The translations under genes and the position numbers were made by a program. A DNA stretch of 64,000 nt from the human T2T-CHM13v2.0 reference genome, Homo sapiens: the NCBI RefSeq assembly GCF_009914755.1, contig NC_060925.1. One strand, given 5' to 3'. The notes beneath the pieces are model-generated. The model did no database searches. It saw nothing but the letters and a program-made list of their open reading frames with translations, and had not been told where the DNA came from. This document shows positions 51,100 through 64,000 of the stretch, piece after piece (within the stretch, counting starts at the first letter, position 1; each line of letters opens with the position of its first letter).

Positions 51100-52305
51100 T
51101 GGTTCAAAAGGTCTCATACCTCTACCCTCCAAAATTAGAATTTATGCCAGGGGAGGAGCAGTAGAGTTTTAAATAGTGGGTGACAGGGACGCATAGGTGT
51201 TTGAGAAAATGTCAGTGTGGCAGTATGTGTGGAACTCATTGGCAGGAGTGAGGCTGGTGGTGAGGATGGTTGCAGGCTTTTTTGGTAGTGCAGGTGAACG
51301 ATGGAAGAGTAGCAGTGTGGACGGAGAAGAGGGAGGGTCCTAGTGATATTTAGGGCTTTGAGACAGGATGCATGTGGTGCTGAGGGGAGGGAAAGATCCA
51401 GGATAAGTTGCAGGTTTCTGGCTTGTGCAATTGTTTGGGTGGGGGATGGTGCCATTCATAAGGACAGGACACACACAGGCACTCACTCCTGATGTCTAAT
51501 CTGTATCTCTTTTTGTCTGTTTCAGTCTGGTTTCAATCTGATGATGATCCTCATTCCCCCAACAGGGAGACTGAAGTTGCTCCTTTGCTTTCTGTTCTAC
51601 AACTCAAGGAGTATATAATTTCTGTGGATATTTTTTCCTAGTTGTGGCTGACGCCTTCTGCAGGTTTCCTCCATCCAAATCAAACCGTTCAGCACCCACA
51701 TCCTGCCAGGGACCCTGCAGAGCCTTACCCCAAGGTGCTTTCTCAGGTATCCCAGAGGCAAACTGACACTGCCCTCATTCATAAGCCTGCGTAGTGTCTA
51801 TGCAGGGCCCCTCTGCAGTGGCCTGAGAGTCACAGAAAGATGCATCTCTGGATAATAGTATCTGTGAGCACGTCAGTGGGTCTACAGATAGACACAGAAG
51901 AGGAAGGAAGTGATTGCTTTTGACTGGGAGAAAGGTTAAAGGAGGCTTCTTGGAGGAAAGGAAACTCAGGCTGAGTTTGGAAGATGAACTGGAGTTCAAC
52001 CAATGGATATGGAAGGGAAAGCAACCCAGGCAGAGGGAAAGGCAGCGGTGTGGAACAGGATGACTTATCCAGAGAGGTCTAACTACTGAGTAGTTGTTTA
52101 AGCAAGGAGGTGGTGGAGGGTGGCGATAGGAGAGAAATAGGAGCAGTCAGATTATGAGAGGCTGCCGGTAATGCTAAGAATTTTGGGCTTTGTCCTAAAG
52201 TCAACGGGGAGTTATGGAAGGGTTGGCAGTAAAGGCATGACATGAGATTTTTGTTCTAGGAGCAGGAGCATTGAGGGAGAGTTGAAAGCTCGGAGTCCAA
52301 TTCGC
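51100..52305. mobile_element. L2 fragments
   Basis: ggaggcttcttggaggaa, gggctttgtcctaaagtcaacggggagttatggaaggg, ccaggataagttgcaggtttctggcttg. Confidence 0.55.
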
Positions 52306-52786
52306 AGCAAGGTCTAGGTGAGGTGGGATGTGAGCCTGTAGCAAGTTCTAGATGAGGCAGGGTGTGGACCTGTAGCAAGGTCTAGGTGAAGTGGGTTGTG
52401 GGCCCGTAGCAAGATCTAGGTGAGGTAGGATGTGGGCCTGTAGCAAGGTCTAGGTGAGGTGGGATGTGGGCCTGTAGCAAGGTCTAGGTGAGGTAGGATG
52501 TGAGCCTGTAGCAAGGTCTAGGTGAGGCGGGATGTGGACCTGTAGCAAGGTCTAGATGAAGTGGGATGTGGGCCTGTAGCAATGTCTAGGTGAGGCAGGG
52601 TATGGACCTATAGCAAGGTCTAGGTGAGGCGGGATGTGGACCTGTAGCAAGGTCAAGGTGAGGCGGGATGTAAGCCTGTAGCAAGGTCTAGGTGAGGTGG
52701 GATGTGGACCTGTAGCAAGGTCTAGGTGAAGTAGGATGTGGGCCTGCAGCAACGTCTAGGTGAGGCGGGGTGTGAGCCTGTAGCAA
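52306..52786. repeat. Minisatellite/VNTR, 34-bp unit, ~14 copies
   Basis: Unit AGCAAGGTCTAGGTGAGG(T/C)GGGATGTG(A/G)(G/A)CCTGT repeated head-to-tail without spacers; 481 bp = 14 x 34 + 5. Confidence 0.95.
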
Positions 52787-53494
52787 TCAGTGTTTGGAGC
52801 GAGTTATTAAAGAGGAGATGGGATTTGTCAATAGTGAGTGGGGATTCCTTGGCCCTTCTGGGTTTCCTATCCAGAATGTTCCCTGTTGGCTAATGGCATC
52901 ATCATGGGATCATTTCCTCAGGCTGGGATCTCCCACCCATCTCTCACACTCCACACTCCTGCTTTACAGAACATTTCCTGGAGTCTCATTTCCTAGCATG
53001 AAACATAAGAAGGGCATCTCTGCACCTGCTCCCTGCTGACTGCCCTCCACTGCACAGCCTGTGTGGCCACTTGAAGTCCTGGGCATTCACACCAGGGCAG
53101 CCTATTCATGACCCTGACTTACGCAGGCTCTTCCTGCTCCCTGTCACTGCCCTAGAATATTTCTTCTCATCTGTGAGCCTGACTTGTCTCAGTTCTCTCT
53201 GACTAACCTTGACAAGGGGAGCAGCCCCTTCTCAGCCCCTTCCTCTCGTCTGTTTTAGCACTTACCTGCTGGACTGTGATGGGTCTGTTTACTTATTCCT
53301 CCACTACACCATGAACTCCTGGAGGGCAGGGGTCAGGCCTCACTGCCTCTGTACCAGTTCCTGTCGGTAGGCCAGGCCCATGCCAGGGGCTGAAAAAATG
53401 TAGACTGGGAGAACAATTTCCAAAGCTTTCCTGCTTCTCTAGCATGGATGGATTGCTAGGCTCTCAGACCCCTCACAGTGGTTACCATCTAGAA

Positions 53495-53717
53495 CAAAAG
53501 TTGGCAAACTTTTTCTGTAAAGGGACAGATGGTAAATATTTCCCCCTTTGTGTGTCATGTGATCTGTATCACAGATATTCAGCTCTATTGATGTAGCATG
53601 AACATAGCCATACACAATGTGTACATGAATGGGTGTGGCTGTGTTCCAACAAAACTTTATTTACAAAACAAGCAAAGAGCTGTATTTGGCCTGTAGGCTA
53701 TAGTTTGCTGATCCCTG
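53495..53717. mobile_element. MER58A hAT MITE
   Basis: gttggcaaactttttctgtaaaggg...tagtttgctgatccctg; degenerate 8-bp TSD atctagaa/gtctagga. Confidence 0.85.
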
Positions 53718-53858
53718 GTCTAGGAGATTCTTCAAGACAATCATAGTCTTTGATCATCTTCTCTTATGCGATTTCATCACTCCAAGAGCTGAGACCTACA
53801 ATGTGCTCAATTCTGTTCTGAACACTTTACACATATCAACTCATGAGAAATGCAGCAC

Positions 53859-54978
53859 TGTTGTGGGAAGTCAGGGACACTGAATGGAGGGACCAGCTGG
53901 AGCTGTGGCAGAGGAGCATAAATTGTGAAGATTTCATTTTAATATGGACATATATCAGTTCCCAAATAATACTTTTATAATTTCTTACGCCTGTCTTTAC
54001 TTCAATCTCTGAATGTAAATTGTGAAGATTTCATTTTAATATGGACATTTATCAGTTCCCAAAATTAATACTTTTATAATTTCTTATGCCTGTCTTTACT
54101 TTAATCTCTTAATCCTGTTATCTTTGTAAGCTGAGAGTATACATCACCTCAGGACCACTATTGTGTTAACTGTACAAACTGATTGTAAAACGTGTGTTTG
54201 AACAATATGAAATCAGTGCACCTTGAGAAAGAAAAGAATAACAGCAATTTTCATGGAACAAGGGAAGACAACCATAAGGTCTGACTGCCTGCAGGGTTGG
54301 GCAGAATAGAGCCATATTTTTCTTGTTGCAGAGAACCTATAAATGGATGTGCAAGTAGGGAAGATATTGCTAAATTCTTTTCCTAACAAGGAATATTAAT
54401 AATTAAGACCCTGGGAAAGGAATGCATTCCTGGGGGGAGGTCTATAAATGGCCGCTCTGGGAGTGTCTGTCTTATGTGGTTGAGACAAGGACTGAAATAA
54501 GCCCTGGTCTCCTGCAGTACCCTCAGGCTTATTAGGGTGGCGAAAAAAACCCACCCTGGTAAATCTGAGGTCAGACCAGTTCTCTGCTCTCGAACCCTGT
54601 TTTCTGTTGTTTAAGATGTTTATCAAGACAATACCTGCACAGCTGAACATAGACCCTTATCAGTAGTTCTGAATTTGTCCTTGTCCTGTTTCCTCAGAAG
54701 CATGTGATCTTTGTTCTCCTTTTTGCCCTTTGAAGCATGTGATCTTGTGACCTACTCCCTGTTCTTGCACCCCCTCCCCTTTTGAAATCCTTAATAAAAC
54801 TTGCTGGCTTTAAGGTTCAGGTGGACAGCACGGTCCTACTGTTATGTGATGTCATCCCTGGAGGCCCAGCTGTAAAATTCCTCTCTTTGTACTCTTTCTC
54901 TTTATTTCTCAGCCAGCTGACACTTATGGAAAATAGAAAGAATCGATGTCTAAATATTAGGGGCAGGTTCCCCCAATA
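53859..54978 (+). mobile_element. MER11 (MER11A-like, HERV-K HML-8) solo LTR with 6-bp TSD, inserted in a MIR
   Basis: tgttgtgggaagtcagggac...ggggcaggttcccccaata (1120 bp); TSD cagcac at 53853-53858 and 54979-54984; TATA-like tataaatgg ~54443, AATAAA ~54793. Confidence 0.92.
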
Positions 54979-56658
54979 CAGCACAATAGCTATTTTGAGT
55001 ACCTCCATTTCACAAATGGGACAGGCTAGGCACAGAATTTAGGCAACTTGCCTGGGGTCACACAGGCAAGTGGTAGAGCTGGGACTCCCACCAGGCAGGC
55101 AGTCAGAGGCCAGGCTCTTTGTCACTCTGCTCTACTGCCTCATGATGTTCCAACAAGGTCACAGGCCCACAAGGTAGGAAGCATGACTTAAGCCTCTGTT
55201 TTCTCTCACACTTTCCTTGAGTTCTTTTTTCTGGGTCCCAGCAGGGGGTCAGGAAACAGCTGCTGCATATAAAACACCACAAGGCAGGTAGTGTCTTCTG
55301 CTGGAGGAAGGGCCTGGGCTCTGCAGGGACTGAGGGGCCCGGCTGCATATTCTCACCATATCAGCCCCTTCCAGCCAGCCCTGGGGCAGAGGACACGGCT
55401 CACCCAGCCACCTCCAAAAAGGGAGTGTATGATTATTACGCCTATAATGGGAAAATATTGCTTTGAAGGCCAGAACCCAGAGCTATAAAATGATTCACAT
55501 CACTGGTTAGAGCTGCCATTGATGTGAACCACATTTCAGAGTGCCGACCCTGATGCAGGAGCTAATTACACAAGAAGACTGTTCAACATACACAATGCTG
55601 CAGTTTCAGGACGAGCCTCTAGTGCACAATGTACTAGCACTCTCTTTTTTTCGTTTCTTTTTTTCCTTCTCTGCTTTGGCCTTTGTTTAAAGACAGGCTC
55701 CTATAATGACTCATTAACTAACATGCAGATCAATCAAGCTCACAAAGCGCCTTTCGGAGGCAGGAGAAATGGCAGCACATGAAATAGGCATGATCAAAGA
55801 GGCACATTTGTATACAGCTCAGACACCCAATTTAAACCCATTAGATAAATGAATAAACAAACCCATCATCTAGGACATAATTACTGAGCACCTGCCATGT
55901 GCCAAGCCCAGAGCTAGCTGCTTCCCATAAGTTATCTTGCTTGCCTGACAATTTAGAGTAGAATCTAAATGCCCAGGACATGGTGCTGATGGTGAGTGCT
56001 GGAGGAGTGCAAAGAGGAGAGAGATGGAAGGGGGTCCATAGAGGAGGTGGGTCTGGGCCTGGCGGGATGGAGAAGGGTGTGTGTGGGCTCAGCCCAGGCT
56101 GCACTGTGAGAAGTGAAGGGCCAAGGAGAGTGGGACAGGAAGAAGAGCCTGGCTGAGTCTGCAGGGGATTTTACCCACAGCCAGAGCAGGCAGTCTGGAC
56201 TTCATGGTCAAGTCGATGGGAAGCTATAATTCAGTGTGAAGGGAGGATTGGAGGCAGAGAGACCAGTGGAGGCTGATGCAGGGTCCAAGAGCATGAGGAG
56301 AAATTAGGGGGTGTCACAGCCACCTTGTCCTGAGAATCATGGGAGATGGAGTGGGACCCTGGAGGACACCCACTGGAGGCCCTGGAGAACATTCTCCCCT
56401 TGCCACGTGCTGTCCAGGATTAGCCAAAAGACAGGACTCCGGGTGCTGCCAGCATGTGCCCAAAGCCTGCACAAGCCTGCAGAGGATCTGCCAGCTCAGG
56501 GCAGTCTTGTGGGAAGCTAGAGTCCCGGGAGATGTAGACTGAGGCTGTTTTGTTTAAGGACTGCTTTGCTACAACACTTTCCTAACTGGGCTGTCTGTCT
56601 CTGCAGCCCATCCTTCACTCTGTACCAAATGCTCTTAGCACCTCCCTATCTCCTACAG

Positions 56659-56877
56659 CAGGGGTTGGAAAACTAGCTCTCAGACCAAATCTGTCCTATA
56701 GCCTATTTTTATATGTGGACCTGTGGACTTTGGAGTTAAGAATGATTTTTTACACTTTCAATGAGTGAAAAAACAAAACCTACAACATAGAAGAATATGC
56801 AACAGAGACCTTACATGGACTTTAAAGCCTAAAATATTTATTGTCTAGCTCTTTACAGAAGAAGTTTGCTGATGGCT
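56659..56877. mobile_element. MER58B-like hAT MITE
   Basis: caggggttggaaaacta...aaagcctaaaatatttattgtctagctctttacagaagaagtttgctga. Confidence 0.75.
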
Positions 56878-57037
56878 TCCCTAGAGCAATGGTTTTCAAA
56901 CTGGGCTCCCAGGTACCCCAGGGTTCCATAAAGGTACTCCAGGGCCAACCCACAAGGGTGGAAGAGGAGCCAGAGGAGGGAAGCCTCTGCTTAAACCAAA
57001 ACAGCTCCATTTTGATCTAGTTCATAATTTGGGATGC

Positions 57038-57483
57038 TGTGAACACCATGGATAGTGGGTTACTTAATGTCCCTTCCTCCATTTATTTCTCCCTAACAGA
57101 ACCCCAACTTTATTGGGAGTGTGGCAATGTATGTATCTTGCCAATCTCAGAGCTAAAGATGTCTATGTGACAGAGCTCTGGGCAAGGAAACATGGGTTGA
57201 GGAGTCCTCAGACCATTTCCTCATCTTTCTCCTTGCTTTTCCTGGAATACAGATGTGAGGACAGAGAGGGAGCAACCTTCTTGTGATCATGAGGATGAGA
57301 GTCATATGAAAAGCAGCAGAGGGAAAAATACAAGGAGCATGAGACCCGGAGGGAACCACCAAGCCAGCCCTGGACTTTCTGCCTCTGGACTTTTGGTATG
57401 TGGAGAAAATAAACGGTGTGTTTTTTAAGCTTCTGCAGAGGAATTTTCTGCACCTCCCAGTCAATTACGACCTAATGGCTACA
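57038..57483 (+). mobile_element. Old MLT1 (J/K/L-like) LTR
   Basis: ctaacagaaccccaac..., cagccctggactttctgcctctggacttttg. Confidence 0.55.
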
Positions 57484-59519
57484 GGTTCTGAAGACAGGTG
57501 TTTGTCACCGCAGAAGAGTTTGCCAACTCTTGAAACTGCAGGATAGAGTTCAGCATCTTGGCTTGGAAAGTGTGGGCTTTGCAAGGCCTGCCCCTGCCAC
57601 TTCCTGGCTAGGTAGAGGCCCTGCCACAATGCTGTGCTCCAGCCTTACCTCCCATATTTCTCCTCAGAGCATTTCTTTGAGCCCCTGAGGGCTGACCTTG
57701 GCCCACCCAGCCTCAGTTTACAATGTTGCTGCCAGTGTAACTATTAGCTCCATGAAAGGAAGGGAACTCACTTTTCCTGGGCACAGCTTGAACCATGATT
57801 CCCTCCAGGGTCTTGCTGAGGCCCTAGGGAAGAGCTAGAGAATTAACTCCTGGGGTGAGGAGGAGGGGAGGCCAGTAGGAAGGCTGAAGACCTGAACTCC
57901 CAGGAGTTCAAGGACAGAGGCCTCCAGCAGGGACTAAGAAGGGTCAGAGGTTCTGGAACTTTGGTCACTACCTGAGGTTTCATTTTGGTGGTTCTGAGAG
58001 CAGTAAGCCCTTGGACTCATTCACTTATGGATTGACTGATTCATTTATTCACTGATTCATTCAACAGTTACACACCTGCCAAGTGCCGGGCTTTGGAGGG
58101 GCATTGGCAGGCAAGATAACATGGCTGCTGCCAATAGAGACCTCTAAGTTTCTAGAAAGCTTCACAGAAGACCCTGAGTACATAGACTACAATACAGTGG
58201 GATGAGGGCTCAAACCAGGGAAGCATGGATGGGAGACAGGAGGGGCACAAAATCCTGGCTAGCAAGCGGGCAGGGTTTGTCTTCAGCAACAGAGAAGGTG
58301 TGTGGGGATACCACATGGCCACAGCCAGATCTGGGCGAGGGGAAATGCCAGCACATGATTTCGAGACAGCTGTAAAAGGGAAAGGAATGAGGCTTTGGAC
58401 TTGAGGAGGCTATTAAAGGGTCCCCCAGATGTGAGGAGGGGCTGTGGAGGCACACGGCAAACCTCTGATCGCAGGTGTCTTGCACAGGGCCTGGCACAGA
58501 GAGGGTGTTTGAGTAAATGTTTGCTGAATGAATAAGTGAGTGAACAAATGGGCCAACGAGTATGTCCCTGACATTTGCACTAGCTGCCGATCACCTGCCT
58601 GGAGAATTAATTCTCAGTTCTTCAGGTCTACAAAGGAAACAGTGACAGTGATAATCCCCAAGGAGTGAATAATCAAAACGCTGTTATCTTTGCTTTGAAG
58701 TTCATATAACGAGCTTTCCTTTCCCTCTTCCTTCCATGCCCCCTCCCTCTCCCTCCCATCCTCACTCTCCATCTCTCTTCTGTCTCGCTTTTCATTCTTT
58801 TCTAGCAAAGGTGGATTAACTATCCTGATCAAATCAAGTGAGGCTCATGTGCAAATTGGATCAAATGTTTTGTGTTCATACTGAGAAGCTGCAAAAGAAA
58901 GACAGATGTGTGTAGGTAGGGGGCATCAAGGCAGGTCTGGGTTTCAGTCCTGTCTACATCTTTGTTTTTCCATGAGGCTGAGCTGAAGGGACCTAACAAG
59001 AGGAGGCCCTGGAGGAAGAAGGCCTGAATCTCAAGCCTCTGGGATGGGCAGAACCATCCCAGAGGAGCTCCTCCTCCAACAGTCACTCACATGTTCAAAT
59101 ATCGCTGAGCTGCTTCTCTATGCCCAGCACTGTGCTAACTGTGGAAGAAATAAACAAAGTGCTATTCCTGCTTTCAGGATGCTCACGAGCTATGGGGGAA
59201 ATAGATTCTAAATGCAAGAAAACAAAAAGTGCTGTAGGAACAGGAAGGAGCAACACATGATGAAGTTAGGAAGGCTTCTCAGAAGAGGGGTTGTTTGGAC
59301 TGTCTCTCAAAGGGGGATAGGAATTTGCCTGGAGGAGAAGGGAAGGCACACTGGGACCAGATGTGCCCAGACAGGTCTTAAAGGGCCAGGTGTGTCTGTG
59401 AACCTGAGTTCAGTGTGGCTGAAGCTGGGGCTGCCCAAAGGGAGAGATGGGGCAGAGAGACCACTGTGTGCTTTGCTGGAAGAAGGAATTGCATTGTTGA
59501 CAGAAGTTTAGCTGGTCAG

Positions 59520-59660
59520 AACCACCAGGGTCGTCTTTAAAAATAAGTTCTGGTACCTACCCTAGACCCACTGAATCAGATCTTTGGGGAAAAGAGCTTG
59601 GGAATCTGTGGTTTTAAAGTGTCTCCAAGGCATTTCTGATGAAATTTGGGAAAAATTATT
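59520..59660. mobile_element. MER5A-like MITE
   Basis: cctagacccactgaatcagatct...gggaatctgtggttttaa. Confidence 0.6.
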
Positions 59661-60299
59661 GTAGGCAGATGTTAATGTCAGATTAATATTATAAGGACTG
59701 AGATAACCCAAATGCCCAAGGTGAGGTCAACATTGCCCGAGGACATCCCAGTCGAAGGGAGGGCATGGAGGCTGCATGTGGAGTAGGCCTGCATCACTTG
59801 CTCTGAGCCTTCTTTCCTCTGTTCCTTGAATCTATGAAGTTTCCAGGAGGATGCACTGGGGTGTTTTTATTTCCCTTACTCCTAGTTTATTGAGTACAGA
59901 CATATCCTTAACTTGCCTCTCCAATAAGACTGTAAGTTCTTCCTGTTCCCACAGTGCAGAGGCGCACAGCCCATAGATGCTCAGTTAATGCTGGTGTCTT
60001 GATGTAGGTTCTTAGCCATTCCCACACCACAGCATCCCTGCTTCTCTCTTTGGGCCTTCTCATTGCCCTTGGAGGGCCCCAGTCCCTGGGACATTCCTAG
60101 CTCCTTGCCAAGCCCAGGTAGCAGAGGTCCTACAAGGGAGATGGAATTACAGGAAGGATCCTCCTGCGTAGGTGTCAGGGATGCATCATAATCATTCCAT
60201 GACTATGAGGAGAGCAAGGGGACACATGTCCCTCTTACACTCCCACAAGCAAACCTTTCAGCTCCTTCTAACAACAGCATCTTTCTCCCCCTGCTCCTC

Positions 60300-61400
60300 G
60301 CAAAGGGAGCCCTGCATTCTCAATCCCGTGGCCCTCTCACTCCAGAATCTCCCTTCTGTCACCATCCCTCTTCTCCTGTACCTTCACTCTCTCCCTCTGT
60401 GCATATTTTTTCCTAAGCCTACTAACATACTCCAGTTCCAATATTTTAAACACATGCCCCAAAGTAACCCCAAACTTTCTCTCTATCTTATGTTCCTTGC
60501 CGGCTACTGCCCATCCTGGCCTCCACAGCCTCACCTCCCATCCATTTGCTTCCCACCCTACTGCTGTCTGTTGCTGCCCCTAGAGCTTCACTGCAAAGTC
60601 TTCTTCCAAGGCCAAAGCCAATGGTCTCCTTCTAGCACTTTTCCAGCAAGACATTTGTCATCGTTGCCATGATCAGACATGCCCTAGTTGGAAACTCTTC
60701 CTGTGTTTGCATCACGATTCTCCTCCCGCCTCTCAGATTGCTCCTTCTCTGTTCTTTCACTGGATTTTGCTCTTTCTCCTGTCACGACGGTATTCTCAGA
60801 TCCATTCTGAATTTTCTTATTCTCTTCAGTCTTTCCAAGAAATGTTGTCCATTCCTTAAGCTTCTATTCTCACCCACGTGCTGAGATAACACCCAAACCT
60901 CTCTCTTAAACTCAGATTTACCCAGAGTTTCCATCCAGTATATCCAAATGACATTGAATGAACCACAGACATTCCAAATGCACTGTTTCTCTCCTGACCC
61001 CTGCAAAGCATGTTCCTCCATCTGTATTTCCTTTTTAACTCTACCACTGGACCAAGCCAGAAAGCACTAAGTCATCATTCATCTGTTCATGGAATAAATA
61101 TAGGCCGAGTACCTACTATGTGCCTGGAACCACGTTGGTCACTTGGGATACAATATTGAATAAGACCTCTCTTCCTCCCTCAGCTCCCACATCCAATCAG
61201 CTACCAAGTCCCACTCTATCTCCTAAATCTCTCTCATCTGTTTTCCCCTCCACATTTCCAAAGCCTTGGTGGATGTCCCCATTTTTCCTACTTAGGTAAC
61301 TGCTTCATCCTCCTAACTGGTCTTTCTCCTTCCAGTACCACCTCTAAACTTCTCCATTGCTGCTAGAGTAATTTTCCAAAAACTCAGATCTTCCTGCTAT
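60300..61400. mobile_element. L2 LINE fragments
   Basis: ctcagctcccacatccaatcagctaccaagtc, ctcctaactggtct. Confidence 0.55.
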
Positions 61401-61509
61401 TGCTTTAGTTCAGGAGATAGAGTGATCCTCGTCCTTCCAGGCTCATCCCACTGAGGTGAAGCCCAGCCCCTTTCATCTACTCTGAGATCTTGTTCCATCC
61501 AGCAGCACA

Positions 61510-61770
61510 GCCCAGCTATGTAAGTGCATGGGCTTTGGAGCTAGAAAGACGGGGTTTAAATCCCAGTTCTGCCACTTACTGGCTCTGTGCTTCAGCTGTT
61601 TCCTAACCTTTAACCTTTCCATGATTCAGTTTCTTTATCTACCAAATAGGTATATTAAAATAAAATTCATTGTCCTATTACGAGAATGAAATAAAATCAT
61701 TCATATAGACAGCTTAGCTTAGAGCTTGTAATGGGACAGGCATACAATAAGAGCTATTATTGTTGTTAAC
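61510..61770 (+). mobile_element. MIR SINE
   Basis: gggtttaaatcccagttctgccacttactggct...cagtttctttatctaccaaatagg. Confidence 0.75.
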
Positions 61771-63102
61771 AACAGCCTAACACTGCTAGCCTTAGCAATC
61801 TGTGTTTTGAGATAAAACCCAAACTTCTGGGCCAAGCATGTGGGCTCACCATGATCTGAATCCTGCTTACCTTTCTGTCCTTACCTGCATCAAGGCATGT
61901 TGAATTACTTCCAGTTCTAAGGGGCTATTCCAAACCTCAGTGCCTTTGCACATTTGTCCTCCCTGAGATACTGATTTCCAAGCCTACTCATCCTTCAGGA
62001 CCCTGTTGACATGTCACTTCCTTTGTGAAAACTTCCCTTATCTCCCAGTTAGCAGCTCTTCCCTGAGTTTTCCCATAGCGCTCTGGACATGCCTCCATCA
62101 GGACTTACCTGCACTCTTTTTTTTTTTTTCAGACCTGTTCTTCACTCTTACGTGCACACTCCTCAAGGGCAGAGGCCATATCTACATCAATGAATGAATG
62201 AATGCTCATCTCATAAAACATACTGTGAGCTTAGAGACTATGCTTTTTGCTGAAGGAGATGTCTGAAGGTGAGTGGATAGGCAGTCCTTGGATACACCTG
62301 TATCTCACCTGTAGGCCAGTTCCATGAACAGGGTTAGGCACACAGCATCCATTGTCCTTGCTGTTTCCCAGAAGACAACTTCTATTCCTCAGTCTTAGAC
62401 TTTGAGTTTCCACACTTAGACCCTCCTTGTTGCATTGTATGTTCCCTGGGTCTCCTCCCACCTGGATCAGGATAGGGTTCTCTTCAGCCTTTCTGGGCTC
62501 CCTCAGCACTACCTGAAGCCCACCAAGGCCCCACAGAGATATTAGAAACACTGCTCTGCACACTCTAAGCGGTGCTCTGCAGAGGTGCTATCTTTAGAAA
62601 CTCAGGCTGGTGGGATCTCTTGCAAGGCATGTAGGGGAGTGACCATATGGAGGTCACTGGTCTCCACACACTGACCAAGGCTAGGCCTTCTGGGGGTGAA
62701 TCTAATTGTTTCTTAGAAAATCCTCAGACTTTACTTAGACTTCCCCCGACACCTCACCTTCAGGTTCAAAAGAAAATGGAGATAAGGATTGTAACAGTGC
62801 CCAAGGAAGAGCCCTCTAGTCAACAACTTAATATGATTTCATGGTATTAAGTCCTTCTGGCCTAGCCTCCACCCTCACCCCATGTGGCTGAAGTGTCCTT
62901 TCCCATTAACTAGGTACATCATGAAATAATTTAATTAAATGTGAATCTTTCTTTGTAAAATGTTGTGCAGAGGAAATCTGCTTCCAGTGTTCCCAGCACT
63001 GTGGTTCCAGGCACCCAGACCAAACAATTTTAAAGTGTTAGGTAAAATTTTAAAATGACAAAATAAAAATAAAAATAAAAAAAGCAGCTTTTTCCAAGTT
63101 AG

Positions 63103-63490
63103 TGTTAAGGATTGAATTATAATATGTCCCCCTGAATTCACATGTTGAATCCCCAATGTGAATATATTTGAAGATGGGGCTTTTAGGGAAGTAATTAAGG
63201 TTAAATAAGGTCATAGGGATGGGGCTGTAATCCGATGGTAGTGGTGTCCTTATGGGAAGGGGAGGAGGCATCAAAGAGCACTCTCTTCGTGTGTGCACAG
63301 AGGAAAAGCCATGAGAGGACACAGTGAGAAGGTGGCCATTTACGAGCCAGGATGAGAGCCCTCATCAGAAACCGAATTTAGTTGCACTTTGATCATGGAC
63401 TTCTAGCCTCCAGAATGGTGAGAAAATAAATGTCTGTTGTCTAAGCTATCTAGTGGGCAGTATTTTGTTACAGTAGCCTGAGTAGACTAC
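63103..63490 (+). mobile_element. MLT1A-like solo LTR
   Basis: tgttaaggattgaa...gaagtaattaaggttaaataaggtcataggg...gagtagactac; near-TSD gttag/attag. Confidence 0.85.
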
Positions 63491-64000
63491 ATTAGTGTAA
63501 TAAGGAATACTCAACACAGTGAATGGAGGAATCTAAAATGTGATTCAGAACATGAAGACGGCTTTGGTCTTGAGTACCTTTTAAAAATTCGGTCAATATA
63601 GCTTCACTTTTCAGCAACTCATAGAAAAGAGGGAACAGGAGACAAAATTCAGGGCCCAGCACAATGGTGACTGTAATACGATACTTCTGAAAGAGTTGGG
63701 TTAGTTAAATCTGCACCCATAGTGTGAAGGTGAATTAGAAATGAGCCTATCTCCTTCTCACCTGTCACTACCACCCTCTGGGAGGATCTGGAGGCTGACT
63801 GTTTATCTTAGACCTTGACACTGAGTAGACAAGAAAAATGTTTCCACTGAGAATTCACAACAGTAAGTCAGTTTTCACATGGGTTTGCAGCCTTCATATT
63901 ACTTGGGTGGTTTGAAACCTCCATACTGAGAATTTTGTGTGAAGAGGTTTCTGGCTGGTAATGCCCCCAGCACTAGGCAGAAGCAGATGCAAACCCTCTC

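Noticed and set aside
52306-52786. CRISPR-like array (34-bp periodicity)
   Set aside because: Units are contiguous with no unique spacers, there are no cas genes and the context is mammalian; it is a minisatellite. ORF 52552-52752 is just its translation.
53918-54110. ~95-bp tandem duplication
   Set aside because: Intrinsic to the MER11 LTR structure as recalled, not locus-specific.

Overview
Primate (most likely human) genomic DNA lying entirely inside the CSMD2 gene (CUB and Sushi multiple domains 2), which runs on the minus strand. Four coding exons with canonical AG/GT sites splice in frame: 50078-49975 (104 nt, missed by the ORF track), 46276-46164 (113 nt), 30308-30126 (183 nt) and 1165-839 (327 nt). 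Together they encode the C-terminal part of a CUB domain, a Sushi/CCP domain and a complete CUB domain (probably CUB3-Sushi3-CUB4, exons ~11-14; numbering from memory). The rest is intron rich in interspersed repeats: Alus, a 5'-truncated L1PA, old L1M/L2/MIR, a two-LTR MST MaLR, a MER11 solo LTR, MLT1/MLT2 LTRs, hAT MITEs, microsatellites and a 34-bp VNTR. No prokaryotic-type system, RNA gene or second protein-coding gene is supported. The most notable observations are: (1) an MLT1A LTR carrying two locally templated insertions, one of which creates a ~145-bp, ~94% identical non-Alu inverted repeat; (2) a heavily decayed Ty3/Gypsy pol fossil (RNase H + integrase) at ~17.7-19.6 kb; (3) a VNTR that reads as a dense YCAY (NOVA-type) array in the pre-mRNA; (4) 50-bp direct repeats bracketing the symmetric Sushi exon; (5) inverted Alus bracketing the 113-nt exon; and (6) several candidate neural enhancer motif clusters. 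Repeat family names come from recall of consensus sequences, not a database search, and boundaries of old repeats are approximate.
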